NCBI GenBank assembly: GCA_964452875.1
Contig: CAYVNG010000004.1
Coordinates: 1 to 35,876 of the forward strand
Length of the DNA: 35,876 bases
Source of the DNA: an uncultured Candidatus Saccharibacteria bacterium
GTDB taxonomy: Bacteria; Patescibacteriota; Minisyncoccia; Minisyncoccales; CAYVNG01
Direction of reading: 5' to 3'
The notes beneath the pieces are model-generated. The model had not been told where the DNA came from and did no database searches. It saw only the letters and a program-made list of their open reading frames with translations. Position numbers and translations under genes: made by a program. The first letter of the stretch is position 1; each line of letters begins with the position of its first letter. Positions 1 to 11,059 of this stretch are shown here, one piece after another.

Positions 1-143
1 TAGGCTTTGCCTTTGGCTATTGTGGCTGAGTCAGTGGAGCCTGACATGGAAACAACCACAATTGAGGCTAAGATGCCGATGATGGTGATGACCACTAACA
101 ACTCAAGGAGAGTGAAGGCTTTTTGACTCCAGGCTGAATACAT
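1..143 (-). CDS. Type IV prepilin-like protein, N-terminal part only (runs off the window start); paralogue of the genes at 16805-18585
   Basis: Manual translation from ATG at 143: MYSAWSQKAFTLLELLVVITIIGILASIVVVSMSGSTDSATIAKGKA..., nearly identical to the N-terminus of 17692..18585. Absent from the ORF track. Confidence 0.9.
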   Translation of the reverse strand, partial: MYSAWSQKAFTLLELLVVITIIGILASIVVVSMSGSTDSATIAKGKA

Positions 144-189
144 AATGTTTTTTAAGTATATCATCTAGAAAATGCAGAAAACAGTATAT

Positions 190-220
190 AAAAGAAAACC
201 GCCCCGTTCGAGCGGGGCGG
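190..220 (-). terminator. Intrinsic terminator after groEL
   Basis: CCGCCCCG (199-206) pairs with CGGGGCGG (213-220); followed on the minus strand by TTTTCTTTT. Confidence 0.85.
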
Positions 221-238
221 AAATCCAAACTTCTTCCA

Positions 239-1858
<1,620 letters not shown>

Positions 1859-1865
1859 TTATTGA

Positions 1866-2159
1866 TTATTCTAAAATCGCAAGAATGTCTTCTTGCTTTG
1901 CGATCAAGTATTCCTTGTCATCGACTTTTATCTCCGCAGGTCCGTATTTGGTGAAAAGAACCACGTCACCTTCCTTGACCTCGAGCGGGATTACTTTCCC
2001 TGTCGAAGTCTTTTTCCCGGGCCCCACGGAAATAACCTTTCCCTGCTCCGGCCTTTCTTTTTCCGCGGTCTCGGGAAGCAATATCCCGGCCTTGGTCTTT
2101 TCCTCTTGGGGGATCGGCTCTATCAGAATGTGGTCTGACAACGGTTTTATCTTTTTCAT
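1866..2159 (-). CDS. groS: Co-chaperonin GroES
   Basis: 97 aa; IKPLSDHILI, KTKAGILLP mobile loop, GKVISVGPG; directly upstream of groEL. Confidence 0.99.
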   Translation of the reverse strand: MKKIKPLSDHILIEPIPQEEKTKAGILLPETAEKERPEQGKVISVGPGKKTSTGKVIPLEVKEGDVVLFTKYGPAEIKVDDKEYLIAKQEDILAILE

Positions 2160-2246
2160 TGATTTTAAAACGTAAAAACGCTTTTAGGGAAAGATCCCTG
2201 TGTTTTTACGCTCGATTAAGAAAATATTTTAAGAGACCTTCCCTCC

Positions 2247-2305
2247 CTGGCTTAAAATCAGAGAGAGTGCTAATTCCATTCTATCTCCATTTTAGCTCTT
2301 GTCAA
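2247..2305 (-). promoter_or_regulatory. Sigma70-type groES promoter followed by a CIRCE-like element with one perfect arm
   Basis: Minus strand: TTGACA (2305-2300), 16 nt, TAGAAT (2283-2278), then TTAGCACTC (2273-2265)-N9-TTAAGCCAG. Confidence 0.7.
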
Positions 2306-5150
2306 GATTCGCCTTTTTCCCTTCTTTCAAAAACTGGCCGGTATAGCTCTTCTTGTTCAGGCTCACGGTTTTAGGCGTGCCTTCGGCGACTATGTAGCCT
2401 CCTTCCTCTCCTCCTTCCGGCCCCAGATCGATTATCCAGTCTGCGTTCCTTATGACGTCCATGTTGTGCTCTATGACCAGCACCGTGTTCCCTTTGTCAG
2501 TGAGGCTCCTCAAGACCGCGACCAGCTTTCTGACATCATCGAAATGCAAGCCGGTGGTGGGCTCGTCCAGAATGTACAGGGCTTTTCCAGTCCCTTTTTT
2601 GGAAAGCTCCGAAGCCAGCTTTATCCTCTGGGCTTCCCCTCCGGACAAAGAAGGAGCCGGCTGACCTAAATGCACATACCCGATTCCGACTTCGGAAAGA
2701 ACCTTGAGCTTGTCGAAAGCGGAAGGTATGTTCTTGAAAAACTCCATCGCTTCGGTGACCGTCATCTCCAAAACCTGGGCTATGTTCTTTCCCTTGTACT
2801 CCACTTCCAAAGTCTCCCTGTTGTACCTGGTGCCGGAGCATTCCTGACATTCAACGTACATGTCAGGCAGAAAGAACATTTCAACCTTGATCTGGCCCTG
2901 GCCTTCGCAGACCTCGCACCTCCCTCCTTTGACGTTGAAGGAAAACCTTCCCTGGCCGTATCCCCTGACCCTTGCTTCCTTGGTCTTGGCGAAAAGATCC
3001 CTGACAGAAGAGAAAAGGCCGGTATAGGTGGCGGGATTTGACCTCGGGGTCCTGCCGATGGGAGACTGGTCAACCAGGACCACCTTGTTCAAATTCTCCA
3101 AGCCCACTATCCTCTCATGCTTCCCAGGAGTTTCCTTGGCCTTGTACAGTTTTTTGAGAAGGCTTTTGGCGAGGATGTCGTTCACCAGAGAGCTTTTGCC
3201 TGATCCTGAAACCCCGGTGACGCAGACGAATCTCCCCAAAGGGATTTTGACGTCGATATTCTTTAAATTATGCTCCTGGGCTTTCTTTATCACCAAATAT
3301 TTGTCCCGTCCTTCTTTCCTTTTAGCGGGCTCCACTTGAACCCTCCTCTTTCCGGACAGATATTCTCCGGTAAGGGTCTTTGCCTTTAAAAGCTCTTTCG
3401 GGGTGCCCTGGAATATGACCCTTCCCCCTTCCTTGCCGGCTCCAGGCCCTATGTCTATGACCCAGTCTGCAGCCAAGATTGTCTGGGGGTCGTGCTCGAC
3501 CACTATGACCGTGTTGCCGAGATCCCTCAATTTTTTGAGCGTGGAAATGAGCCTCATCTGGTCCCTTGCGTGAAGCCCGATCGAAGGCTCGTCTAAGATG
3601 TAAAGGACGCCGGAAAGTCTGGATCCTATCTGGGTCGCCAGCCTTATCCTCTGCTCTTCTCCTCCGGAAAGGCTGCCAGCCTTCCTGTCCAAGGACAGAT
3701 AGTCCAGCCCTACGTCGATCAAAAATTGGAGGCGGTTCAATATCTCTTTCAGAATGGGATGGGCGATCCTCATCTGGGAAGGGTTAAGCTCCCCTGCGGG
3801 GGAAAGAATATTTTGAAAAAAAACGGTCGCTCCCTTTATGCTTTCTTCCACGAGCTTGTCAATTGATTTGCCAGCCACTTTCACTGCCAAGACTTCAGGT
3901 TTCAGCCTCTTTCCTTTGCATACCTCGCAGACTTTCTCTACCATATACTGCTCTATCTCTTCCCTCGTCCAGTCAGAATCGGTCTCCCTGTACCTTCTTT
4001 CCAGGTTCGGGATGACTCCTTCGAATCCTTCCTTTTCCCCGTAAAGTATCAGATCAATGACTTTTTTGGGAAGATCCTTGACTGGATCCTCAAGGGAGAA
4101 TTTGAGATTGGAGGCGAGATCTGAAAGCTTCCACCAGAAATACCCCTGCCTTCCTATCTTATGGGAAGCATGCGCCCACGGGAAAATCGCTCCTTCGGCT
4201 ATAGACAGGTTGTAATTGGGAATGACAAGGGCAGGGTCAACCTCAAGCTTGACCCCGAGACCCTGGCAGGCCGGGCATGCTCCGAAAGGGGAATTGAAGG
4301 AAAATATCCTCGGCTCAAGCTCGGGCAAAGAAACCCCGCATTTTTCGCAGGCGAATTTCTCGCTGAAAATGGAATCCTCCGATTTCAACTGCCCGTTTTT
4401 CTTGAAACTGGCCAGCATTATCCCTTTGCCGAGTTTCAAAGCCGTTTCCACCGAATCTGCCAGCCTTATCCTGTCTGTTTCAGCTCCCAGCTCGAGCCTG
4501 TCCACCACCACTTCTATATTGTGTTTCTTGTTCTTGTCCAATTTGAGCTGCAAGGCTTCCTCTATCCTGTGGATGAAGCCGTCTATCCTCACCCGGACGA
4601 ATCCCCCTCTCTGGATTTCCTCCAAAATTCCCTGATGTTCTCCTTTCTTTGCCGAAACTATCGGACCTAAAATCAGAATCTCGATCGGAAGCTCTTTTTC
4701 TGGAGCGCCTTCCGGAGTTTTCATAATCTGGTCGACTATCTGGCTCGGGGTCTGGCAGGATACGGTTTTTCCGCATAAAGGGCAGTGGGGAACCCCGACC
4801 CTGGCATACAAAAGCCTGAGGTAGTCATATATTTCCGTAATCGTGCCGACGGTTGACCGCGGATTATGGGCCCCCTTCCTCTGGTCGATGGATATGGCAG
4901 GAGAAATCCCCTCTATCCTTTCCGCATCCGGCTTCCTCATCACCCCCAAAAACTGCCTGGCATAGGCAGACAGGCTTTCAACGTACCTTCTCTGCCCTTC
5001 AGCGTACAGGGTGTCGAATGCGAGAGAGCTTTTTCCGGATCCTGACAGCCCGGTAATCACCACCAGCCTGTTTTTGGGGATGTCAACGTCAATGTCCTTT
5101 AGATTATGGACTTTGGCTCCCCTGATTCTGATGAAGGATCCGTTTTGCAT
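2292..5150 (-). CDS. uvrA: Excinuclease ABC subunit A
   Basis: 952 aa; two ABC ATPase domains ([18 protein letters not shown]; LSGGE signatures; LDEP Walker B) and CxxC zinc modules. Confidence 0.99.
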   Translation of the reverse strand: MQNGSFIRIRGAKVHNLKDIDVDIPKNRLVVITGLSGSGKSSLAFDTLYAEGQRRYVESLSAYARQFLGVMRKPDAERIEGISPAISIDQRKGAHNPRSTVGTITEIYDYLRLLYARVGVPHCPLCGKTVSCQTPSQIVDQIMKTPEGAPEKELPIEILILGPIVSAKKGEHQGILEEIQRGGFVRVRIDGFIHRIEEALQLKLDKNKKHNIEVVVDRLELGAETDRIRLADSVETALKLGKGIMLASFKKNGQLKSEDSIFSEKFACEKCGVSLPELEPRIFSFNSPFGACPACQGLGVKLEVDPALVIPNYNLSIAEGAIFPWAHASHKIGRQGYFWWKLSDLASNLKFSLEDPVKDLPKKVIDLILYGEKEGFEGVIPNLERRYRETDSDWTREEIEQYMVEKVCEVCKGKRLKPEVLAVKVAGKSIDKLVEESIKGATVFFQNILSPAGELNPSQMRIAHPILKEILNRLQFLIDVGLDYLSLDRKAGSLSGGEEQRIRLATQIGSRLSGVLYILDEPSIGLHARDQMRLISTLKKLRDLGNTVIVVEHDPQTILAADWVIDIGPGAGKEGGRVIFQGTPKELLKAKTLTGEYLSGKRRVQVEPAKRKEGRDKYLVIKKAQEHNLKNIDVKIPLGRFVCVTGVSGSGKSSLVNDILAKSLLKKLYKAKETPGKHERIVGLENLNKVVLVDQSPIGRTPRSNPATYTGLFSSVRDLFAKTKEARVRGYGQGRFSFNVKGGRCEVCEGQGQIKVEMFFLPDMYVECQECSGTRYNRETLEVEYKGKNIAQVLEMTVTEAMEFFKNIPSAFDKLKVLSEVGIGYVHLGQPAPSLSGGEAQRIKLASELSKKGTGKALYILDEPTTGLHFDDVRKLVAVLRSLTDKGNTVLVIEHNMDVIRNADWIIDLGPEGGEEGGYIVAEGTPKTVSLNKKSYTGQFLKEGKKANLDKS

Positions 5151-5158
5151 AGTCCCTT

Positions 5159-5187
5159 ATTGTACTCCTGTTTTTGAGGCCTTGCAA
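5159..5187 (-). promoter_or_regulatory. Putative uvrA promoter, near-leaderless
   Basis: TTGCAA (5187-5182), 17 nt, TACAAT (5164-5159); 8 nt to the ATG. Confidence 0.6.
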
Positions 5188-5189
5188 GC

Positions 5190-5216
5190 AAAGAAAAACC
5201 GGCAGACCGCTGCCGG
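5190..5216 (-). terminator. Intrinsic terminator after the membrane protein gene
   Basis: CCGGCAG-N4-CTGCCGG stem followed by TTTTTCTTT on the minus strand. Confidence 0.7.
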
Positions 5217-5235
5217 AAAAACTCCTTCAAAACGA

Positions 5236-5958
5236 CTAGACCTCAACAGTTGAATCCCTGGCTTTCTCGTAGATCAAAAAGACATATATCGAGTAGAAAG
5301 GGATGAGGAACAACGAAGCCATCTCTGAAACCCATTCCGGGGACGCCTGGCCGAAGGAAATGAAAGACCCCGTTTCAACGGCGATAACGGCCAGGATGAA
5401 TAGAAGCATCCACATCAGCACTTTCAAGAAGACATCCCACCATCTCCCTTTCACCAGCTGTCTGCTCCTTTTCATGGCTGAAACGCCTTTCTTTCCCTCC
5501 GCCACCAGGACGCAGGCTGAGAATAAAAACCAGACGGAAAAGATCACTCCGGGGATGATGAAAAATATCGTCCCTCCTAACACCGCTGCAAAAACAAAAG
5601 AGCTGATCCAGAAAAAAGGAACGATCCTGGTCCATCCTCTTTCAAGGGCTTCTTTGAAATCAATCCCTTCTTTGCGGTCTTTTACGACAAAGAGCAATGA
5701 AGCATAGCTCCATGCCGAAACTATAATCGAACACAAAAAATCAACGGCCGAAAAAACCGCTCCTGGAAAAAATGCAGATTCGAAAGCGTATCTAAAGCCG
5801 TCGAAAAACAGGTTCACGGCCAAGGGCAAGGCAGCAATTGCAAGATAGGTGGCCATTCTGGCCGTATATTCCTTCCAGGCTTCTCTAAGGAAGAAGAACG
5901 AACCCGGCAAAGATTTGTGTTCTGGCATGTTTTTGATGGATTTCTCCCTCTGTTTCAT
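5236..5958 (-). CDS. Hypothetical integral membrane protein (about 5-6 TM segments); true start may be the second Met at 5928
   Basis: Several hydrophobic stretches and a pattern like LFIIPG..W.....E...G..AM.RS..LV.GRWW, typical of a widespread uncharacterised membrane family. Confidence 0.8.
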   Translation of the reverse strand: MKQREKSIKNMPEHKSLPGSFFFLREAWKEYTARMATYLAIAALPLAVNLFFDGFRYAFESAFFPGAVFSAVDFLCSIIVSAWSYASLLFVVKDRKEGIDFKEALERGWTRIVPFFWISSFVFAAVLGGTIFFIIPGVIFSVWFLFSACVLVAEGKKGVSAMKRSRQLVKGRWWDVFLKVLMWMLLFILAVIAVETGSFISFGQASPEWVSEMASLFLIPFYSIYVFLIYEKARDSTVEV

Positions 5959-5991
5959 GCTAACATATCAAAAGCCACGATTAAAGGAATA

Positions 5992-7239
5992 ATGGAAAAA
6001 TTCATCTTAAAAGGCGCAAAGGACCTTCCGGGAACTTCCGGAGTATACTGCTTCAAAGACAAAGAAAACAGGGATCTGTATATAGGAAAGGCCTTGAACA
6101 TCAAAGACAGGGTAAAGAGCCATTTTTCCAACCCCAGCTTCAGGGACGGTCTTTTCATGGATAAGGTTGCAAAAACAGGCTTTATTGAAACCGATTCTGA
6201 AATAGAAGCTCTTCTTTTGGAAGCAAAACTTATAAAAGAGCGAAGGCCTTTGTACAACGTTCTCTGGCGGGACGACAAGAATTACTTTTTCATCGTCATC
6301 ACCAAGGAAGACTTCCCCAGGGTCTTAATCGGCCATCAGACAAAGATGAAAAATCTTGAAAAGGAGAACGAATACATAGGTCCCTTCGTCGAAGGGGAGG
6401 CTTTGAAAAAAACGCTCAGGCTCCTCAGAAAGATATTCCCTTACTACTCATCCAAAAACCATCCTAAAGGGCTTTGCCCGTGGTGCCACCTTAAATTGTG
6501 CCCCGGGCCGAACCCTTCAAGGCAGGAATATAGAAGAAGCGTCAAAAACCTCAAGGCCGTATTGCGGGGCGAAAGCAGAAGCGTTGTGAAAAAGCTGCAG
6601 AAGGAAATGGAGCAGTATTCAAAATTCCTTGAATACGAAAAAGCCGGAGAGGCGAAAAACCAGATCCAGGCCCTGGAAAGCGTTTTATCCAACGCCAGGG
6701 TCTTTGAAAGGATGAAAGGGAGCATCGACTGGCCGAAAGCAGAAAAGGAAATCAAATCGATCTTAAAAGCAAAAAAAGAAATCTCAAGGGCCGAAGCATT
6801 CGACGTTTCCAACATCCAGGGAAAGAAAGCCACGGCCTCGATGGTGGTCTTCAGCCAGGGGAAACCGGACAAAGACCTTTACAGGAAATTCAGGATAAGG
6901 CTCCTTGATACTCCGAACGACACGGCCATGCTCAAGGAAGCGATTTCAAGAAGGCTCAAGCACAAAGACTGGCCTTTCCCGGACTTGATGCTTATTGACG
7001 GTGGAAAAGGGCAGTTGAACGCGGCAGCTTCTGTTTTAAAGCAGTCCGGGAAAAGGATAAATCTGGCTGCCTTGGCCAAAAGAAACAACGAGCTGTTCCT
7101 GCCGGGAAAAAAAGACCCTTATTTGCTCAAGGATCTCCAAAAAGACGCTTCCAACTTCATATTGCAGCTCAGGGACGAAGCGCACAGATTCGCCGTCTCA
7201 TATCACAGGAAGTTGAGGGAGAAATCGCTGGAGGAATAA
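5992..7239 (+). CDS. uvrC: Excinuclease ABC subunit C, short form lacking the C-terminal HhH domain
   Basis: GVYCF..LYIGKALNIKDRVKSHF (GIY-YIG), Cys-rich CPWCHLKLCPGP, UVR coiled coil, RNase H-like AFDVSN..PDLMLIDGGKGQL..LRDEAHRFA. Start moved to ATG 5992 to avoid overlap with the divergent gene. Confidence 0.92.
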   Translation: MEKFILKGAKDLPGTSGVYCFKDKENRDLYIGKALNIKDRVKSHFSNPSFRDGLFMDKVAKTGFIETDSEIEALLLEAKLIKERRPLYNVLWRDDKNYFFIVITKEDFPRVLIGHQTKMKNLEKENEYIGPFVEGEALKKTLRLLRKIFPYYSSKNHPKGLCPWCHLKLCPGPNPSRQEYRRSVKNLKAVLRGESRSVVKKLQKEMEQYSKFLEYEKAGEAKNQIQALESVLSNARVFERMKGSIDWPKAEKEIKSILKAKKEISRAEAFDVSNIQGKKATASMVVFSQGKPDKDLYRKFRIRLLDTPNDTAMLKEAISRRLKHKDWPFPDLMLIDGGKGQLNAAASVLKQSGKRINLAALAKRNNELFLPGKKDPYLLKDLQKDASNFILQLRDEAHRFAVSYHRKLREKSLEE

Positions 7240-7280
7240 AAACCAAGGCAATCCTTTCAGCTCCGTCTTTCTCCTCCGGC

Positions 7281-7309
7281 TTGCTGGAAAACCGTTTCTT
7301 TGCTATTAT
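7281..7309 (+). promoter_or_regulatory. Putative promoter for the holin-like/secG unit
   Basis: TTGCTG (7281-7286), 17 nt, extended -10 TGcTATTAT (7301-7309); 8 nt to the ATG. Confidence 0.55.
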
Positions 7310-7317
7310 AATGAAAA

Positions 7318-7722
7318 ATGGGAAAAATAATCTACCAAATGATAGCCGGCATCCTCGGAATCTTTCTAGCAGAACAATTCCTGGAAGGAGTGACTATAAA
7401 GATAATTCCTGGGGAGTCTGATATTTTTGGGTACGAGATAACGGCAATATGGCAGCTGGTGGCGGTGATCGGAATCTTTCTCGGCCTGCTTAATTTTTTC
7501 GTAAAACCTGTTTTGAAATTCATAACCACCCCGCTGAGGATGCTTACTTTCGGCCTTTTCACCATCGTTATAAATATGCTTATGGTCTGGATCGCCGACC
7601 TCCTGTTCCTGGAACTGATCATCGAGGGATTGGCTCCCCTCTTCTGGACGGCTACGATATTGTGGGTTCTTAACTTTTTCCTTTTGATGTTCTACAAAAA
7701 AAGGGAACGAAAAAAAATATGA
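7318..7722 (+). CDS. YvlD/DUF360-like 4-TM membrane protein (phage holin superfamily IV annotation)
   Basis: LGLLNFFVKPVLKFITTPLRMLTFGLFTIVINMLMVW signature; 4 hydrophobic segments. Confidence 0.85.
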   Translation: MGKIIYQMIAGILGIFLAEQFLEGVTIKIIPGESDIFGYEITAIWQLVAVIGIFLGLLNFFVKPVLKFITTPLRMLTFGLFTIVINMLMVWIADLLFLELIIEGLAPLFWTATILWVLNFFLLMFYKKRERKKI

Positions 7723-7937
7723 CAAATCCTTTAACCATAGCCCAGCTTGTAGTATCGGCCCTTTTGATGGCTTCAATCCTCCTGCAGCAGAGAGGGACGG
7801 CCATGGGTTCGGCTTTCGGGCAGGGAGGAGGAGAGCAGTACGGCACAAGGAGAGGAATCCAGAAAAAGCTGTTCTGGGCCACCGTCGTCCTCGGAATATC
7901 CTTCATCGCCCTGTCCGTTCTGAATCTTCTTTATTAA
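7719..7937 (+). CDS. secG: Preprotein translocase subunit SecG
   Basis: 72 aa, 2 TM; ILLQQRGTAMGSAFG...TRRGIQKKL. Confidence 0.93.
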   Translation: MTNPLTIAQLVVSALLMASILLQQRGTAMGSAFGQGGGEQYGTRRGIQKKLFWATVVLGISFIALSVLNLLY

Positions 7938-7998
7938 CCCTTACCAGTCTGCAGCAAAGGACGGCTGAAAGCCGCCGAATCTGCATCGATCAACGACA

Positions 7999-10071
7999 TT
8001 GAGTTTTAGAAAACTCTCGCAAATATCGGAAAAAATAGCCGATTTCCCGGAAACCTTGAAGTTCAAGCTTTCCCAGTTGAAATTCTACTGGGCCACCTTT
8101 AAGTGGCCGAAGTTCTGGCAGTGGAGGATGCTTGGAAGGTTTCTGGGCCCGAAGGAAAAAAGGGTTCTTTTCTCTTTTTCCTTTCTTGCTTTGGCATCGG
8201 CCGTTTTCTTAATGACCGATTTCTACCTCAACTCGACCCAGGAGACGCCGGCTTACGGAGGAAGCTATACTGAAGGAATAGTCGGAAGCCCGAGTCTGAT
8301 AAACCCGGTCTACTCTGATCTCAGCGATGCTGACAGGGACATGGTGGAAATACTCTTTTCCGGGCTGATGAAATACGATCTCCAAGGAAGAATCATCGAG
8401 GATTTGGCTGAAAGGGTGGAGATAGGGAGCGACGGAAAGCAGATAAGCGTATTCTTGAAACCGAACCTTTTTTGGTCTGACGGAAAGAAATTGACTGCAG
8501 ACGACGTCGCTTTCACCGTTAAAACCATCCAGGATCCGGCCTACAAATCCCCTCTGGCCACCAATTGGATCGGGGTCAAGGCTGAAAAAGTGTCGGAGAA
8601 CGAAATAAGCTTCCAGCTGAAGGAATCCTACAGCGTCTTTAGAGAAAGACTGACCTTGAAAATAATTCCAAAGCACATCTGGGGGGACATACTTCCGGAA
8701 AACTTCCCTCTTTCCTTGTACAACCGAGAACCAGTGGGATCCGGGCCTTACATGCTCAAAAAGCTCACCCAGGACGCCAGCGGATCTATAAAATCGATTA
8801 CCGTAGAACCGAATCCTTACTATTACGGGCAGAAGCCCTACATTTCGGAAATGATTTTCCAGTTCTTCAAGGAAGAAAGCGGGGCCGTAACGGCCTGGCA
8901 GATGGGCGAGATCGACGGATTCTCCCTGCATGCGACTGATAAGATCCAGGAGCTGGAGCAAAGTTCAGCCCTTTCCCTTTATTCTTATTCCATCCCGAGG
9001 TATTTCGCGGTCTTCTTCAATCTCAAAGGATCTGACTTGATGGAGATGAAATCGGTCAGGGAGGCCCTTAATTACGCCACTGACAAACAGAAAATAGTGG
9101 AAACCGTGTTGGACGGGAACGGAGAAGCAGTTAGCTCTCCGATTCTCTCTTCTGTTTACGGGTTCGCAGAGCCTAAAGCCTCTTTTGCGTACGACCCTGA
9201 GAAAGCCAAACAGATGCTGGATCAGGCAGGATTCGAGGAGATGGAGTTCGGACCGAGAGAAAAAACGGTCCAGAAAGATCCTTCCTTCCAGTTTTCGAAA
9301 AGAATGGAATCGGGTAGCCAGGGACAGGAGGTGTCAGAGCTGCAGAAATGCCTGGCCGAATTCCCGGAGATCTATCCTGAAGGGACGGTAAGCGGATATT
9401 TCGGGGAAAAGACCAAGGAAGCGGTCATGAACTTCCAGGAAAAATACTATGAAGAGATACTGAAGCCATGGGGATTCCAGTCTGGGACCGGCATCGTCGG
9501 CCAGACGACCATAGCCAAGCTCAACGAGGTGTGCGCTCCTTCGAAAACGGAAGTGACGTCCTTGAAAATAAGCTTGGTCACGGTGAACGACAGCATCCTT
9601 TTGGAAACGGCTGAAGAGCTCAAAAGGCAGTGGGAGGAGATCGGAGCCGAGCTTGAGATAGCCAGCTATTCGGTCAAGGAATTGGAAAACGATTTTATCA
9701 AAACCAGAGACTACCAAGCCATCCTTATCGGCGAGAGCATGGGAATGGTTCCGGACCCTTTCCCCTTCTGGCATTCCTCTCAGACGAAAGAGCCAGGACT
9801 AAACCTTTCCATGTACGAGAGCGAAGCTGCTGATGCGCTGCTGGAAGAAGCTAGAAAAAGCCTGGATGCCCAAGTCAGGGCCCAGAAGCTCCAATCTTTC
9901 CAAGAAATCATCATAAAAGACTGCCCAGCCGTGTTCCTTTTCAGCTCAGACTATTTGCACTTGGTTTCCAGCGAAGTGAAAGGGACAAGCCAGGGGGTCA
10001 TTTCCGACCCTTCCAGGAGATTATCAGACGTCCAAGAGTGGTATATAAAAACGAAGCGGGAGTGGATATAA
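7999..10071 (+). CDS. OppA/DppA-family (SBP family 5) substrate-binding protein with N-terminal TM anchor and inserted peptidoglycan-binding domain; start codon uncertain (TTG 7999 or a later ATG)
   Basis: LFSGLMKYD..DLAE, WSDGKKLTADDVAFT, PVGSGPY, VREALNYATDK, YDPEKAKQMLDQAG; insertion at about 9270-9560. Confidence 0.9.
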   Translation: MSFRKLSQISEKIADFPETLKFKLSQLKFYWATFKWPKFWQWRMLGRFLGPKEKRVLFSFSFLALASAVFLMTDFYLNSTQETPAYGGSYTEGIVGSPSLINPVYSDLSDADRDMVEILFSGLMKYDLQGRIIEDLAERVEIGSDGKQISVFLKPNLFWSDGKKLTADDVAFTVKTIQDPAYKSPLATNWIGVKAEKVSENEISFQLKESYSVFRERLTLKIIPKHIWGDILPENFPLSLYNREPVGSGPYMLKKLTQDASGSIKSITVEPNPYYYGQKPYISEMIFQFFKEESGAVTAWQMGEIDGFSLHATDKIQELEQSSALSLYSYSIPRYFAVFFNLKGSDLMEMKSVREALNYATDKQKIVETVLDGNGEAVSSPILSSVYGFAEPKASFAYDPEKAKQMLDQAGFEEMEFGPREKTVQKDPSFQFSKRMESGSQGQEVSELQKCLAEFPEIYPEGTVSGYFGEKTKEAVMNFQEKYYEEILKPWGFQSGTGIVGQTTIAKLNEVCAPSKTEVTSLKISLVTVNDSILLETAEELKRQWEEIGAELEIASYSVKELENDFIKTRDYQAILIGESMGMVPDPFPFWHSSQTKEPGLNLSMYESEAADALLEEARKSLDAQVRAQKLQSFQEIIIKDCPAVFLFSSDYLHLVSSEVKGTSQGVISDPSRRLSDVQEWYIKTKREWI

Positions 10072-10075
10072 AAAG

Positions 10076-11059
10076 ATGACTGACAGATCAAACATGCGCC
10101 AAACCATCCTGAACTTCCCAAAGCAGTTCAGAGCCGGTTTGAAGGCTGCAGAAAAAACAGGCCTCAAAAGAAAGTTCAACAGCCTCATTGTCTGCGGAAT
10201 GGGAGGATCGGCTTTAGGGGGGAACATTCTGAAGGCCTGGGTCAAAGACAGGAAATTGGCCTTGCCTGTAAAAATACACCGCGATTACGGCCTTCCTTAC
10301 TGGGCGGATAAAAGCAGTCTGGTCATTTGCGTTTCATATTCCGGAAACACGGAAGAGACATTGAGCGCCTTTCGCCAGGCTTTAATAAAAAAGCTTCCTC
10401 TTGTCTGTTTGGGATCCGGAGGCAAGCTTATCGACCTTTGCAAAAAGGAAAGAGTTCCTTTTTCCTTGATGCCCAAGGGATTCCAGCCGAGAATGGCCCT
10501 GGGGCTCCAGTTCTCCTCATTGTTGAAGATCGCTTCAAACTGCGGCCTTGTCCCTGACAGGACAAAAGACCTGATGCCTCTGGAAAAAACCCTGAACCCG
10601 GTTTCTTTAGAGAGCGAAGGGAAAAGAATGGCCAAAATTCTGGAAAACAGAATCCCTGTAATCTACTCTTCTGAAGCGAACAGGCACATAGCTGAAATCT
10701 GGAAGACCAACTTCAACGAGAATTCAAAGGTTCCCTCTTTCTTCAACGCATTCCCGGAAATGAACCACAACGAAATGGCGGGATACTCCTCAAAGGGAAA
10801 ATTAACTTCCCTCTTCCGTTTTTTGATGCTTGGAGACCATAATGACAAGGAGAGAATCAGAAAAAGGATGGATCTGACCGCAAAGATCCTCGGCCAAGGC
10901 GAAGTGAAGATAGATATCGAAGGAAAAAACTTTTTCCAAAAGACCTTCTCTGCCGTCCTGATGTCCTACTGGGCTTCCTTTTATCTGGCTTTGGGGAACA
11001 AAACAGATCCGAGCGAGCTGAAGATAGTGGAAGAGTTCAAGAAAAAACTTTCAAAATGA
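10076..11059 (+). CDS. Bifunctional phosphoglucose/phosphomannose isomerase (SIS domain)
   Basis: CGMGGSALGG, SYSGNTEET, QPRMA, NENSK, PEMNHNE motifs. Confidence 0.93.
   Translation: MTDRSNMRQTILNFPKQFRAGLKAAEKTGLKRKFNSLIVCGMGGSALGGNILKAWVKDRKLALPVKIHRDYGLPYWADKSSLVICVSYSGNTEETLSAFRQALIKKLPLVCLGSGGKLIDLCKKERVPFSLMPKGFQPRMALGLQFSSLLKIASNCGLVPDRTKDLMPLEKTLNPVSLESEGKRMAKILENRIPVIYSSEANRHIAEIWKTNFNENSKVPSFFNAFPEMNHNEMAGYSSKGKLTSLFRFLMLGDHNDKERIRKRMDLTAKILGQGEVKIDIEGKNFFQKTFSAVLMSYWASFYLALGNKTDPSELKIVEEFKKKLSK

Noticed and set aside
5151-5235. SOS/LexA box at uvrA (also checked at uvrC and recA)
   Set aside because: No clear CTGT-N8-ACAG or GAAC-N4-GTTC site seen. recA has only a 9-nt gap after ftsK.
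5917-5991. ORF-track N-terminal extension of uvrC (likewise 19065-19109 for rpsF)
   Set aside because: The extensions overlap a divergent gene or promoter, and family similarity starts at the downstream ATG.
7318-7722. Holin-like gene as a prophage marker
   Set aside because: The YvlD/DUF360 family is commonly chromosomal. The gene overlaps secG and has no phage genes nearby.
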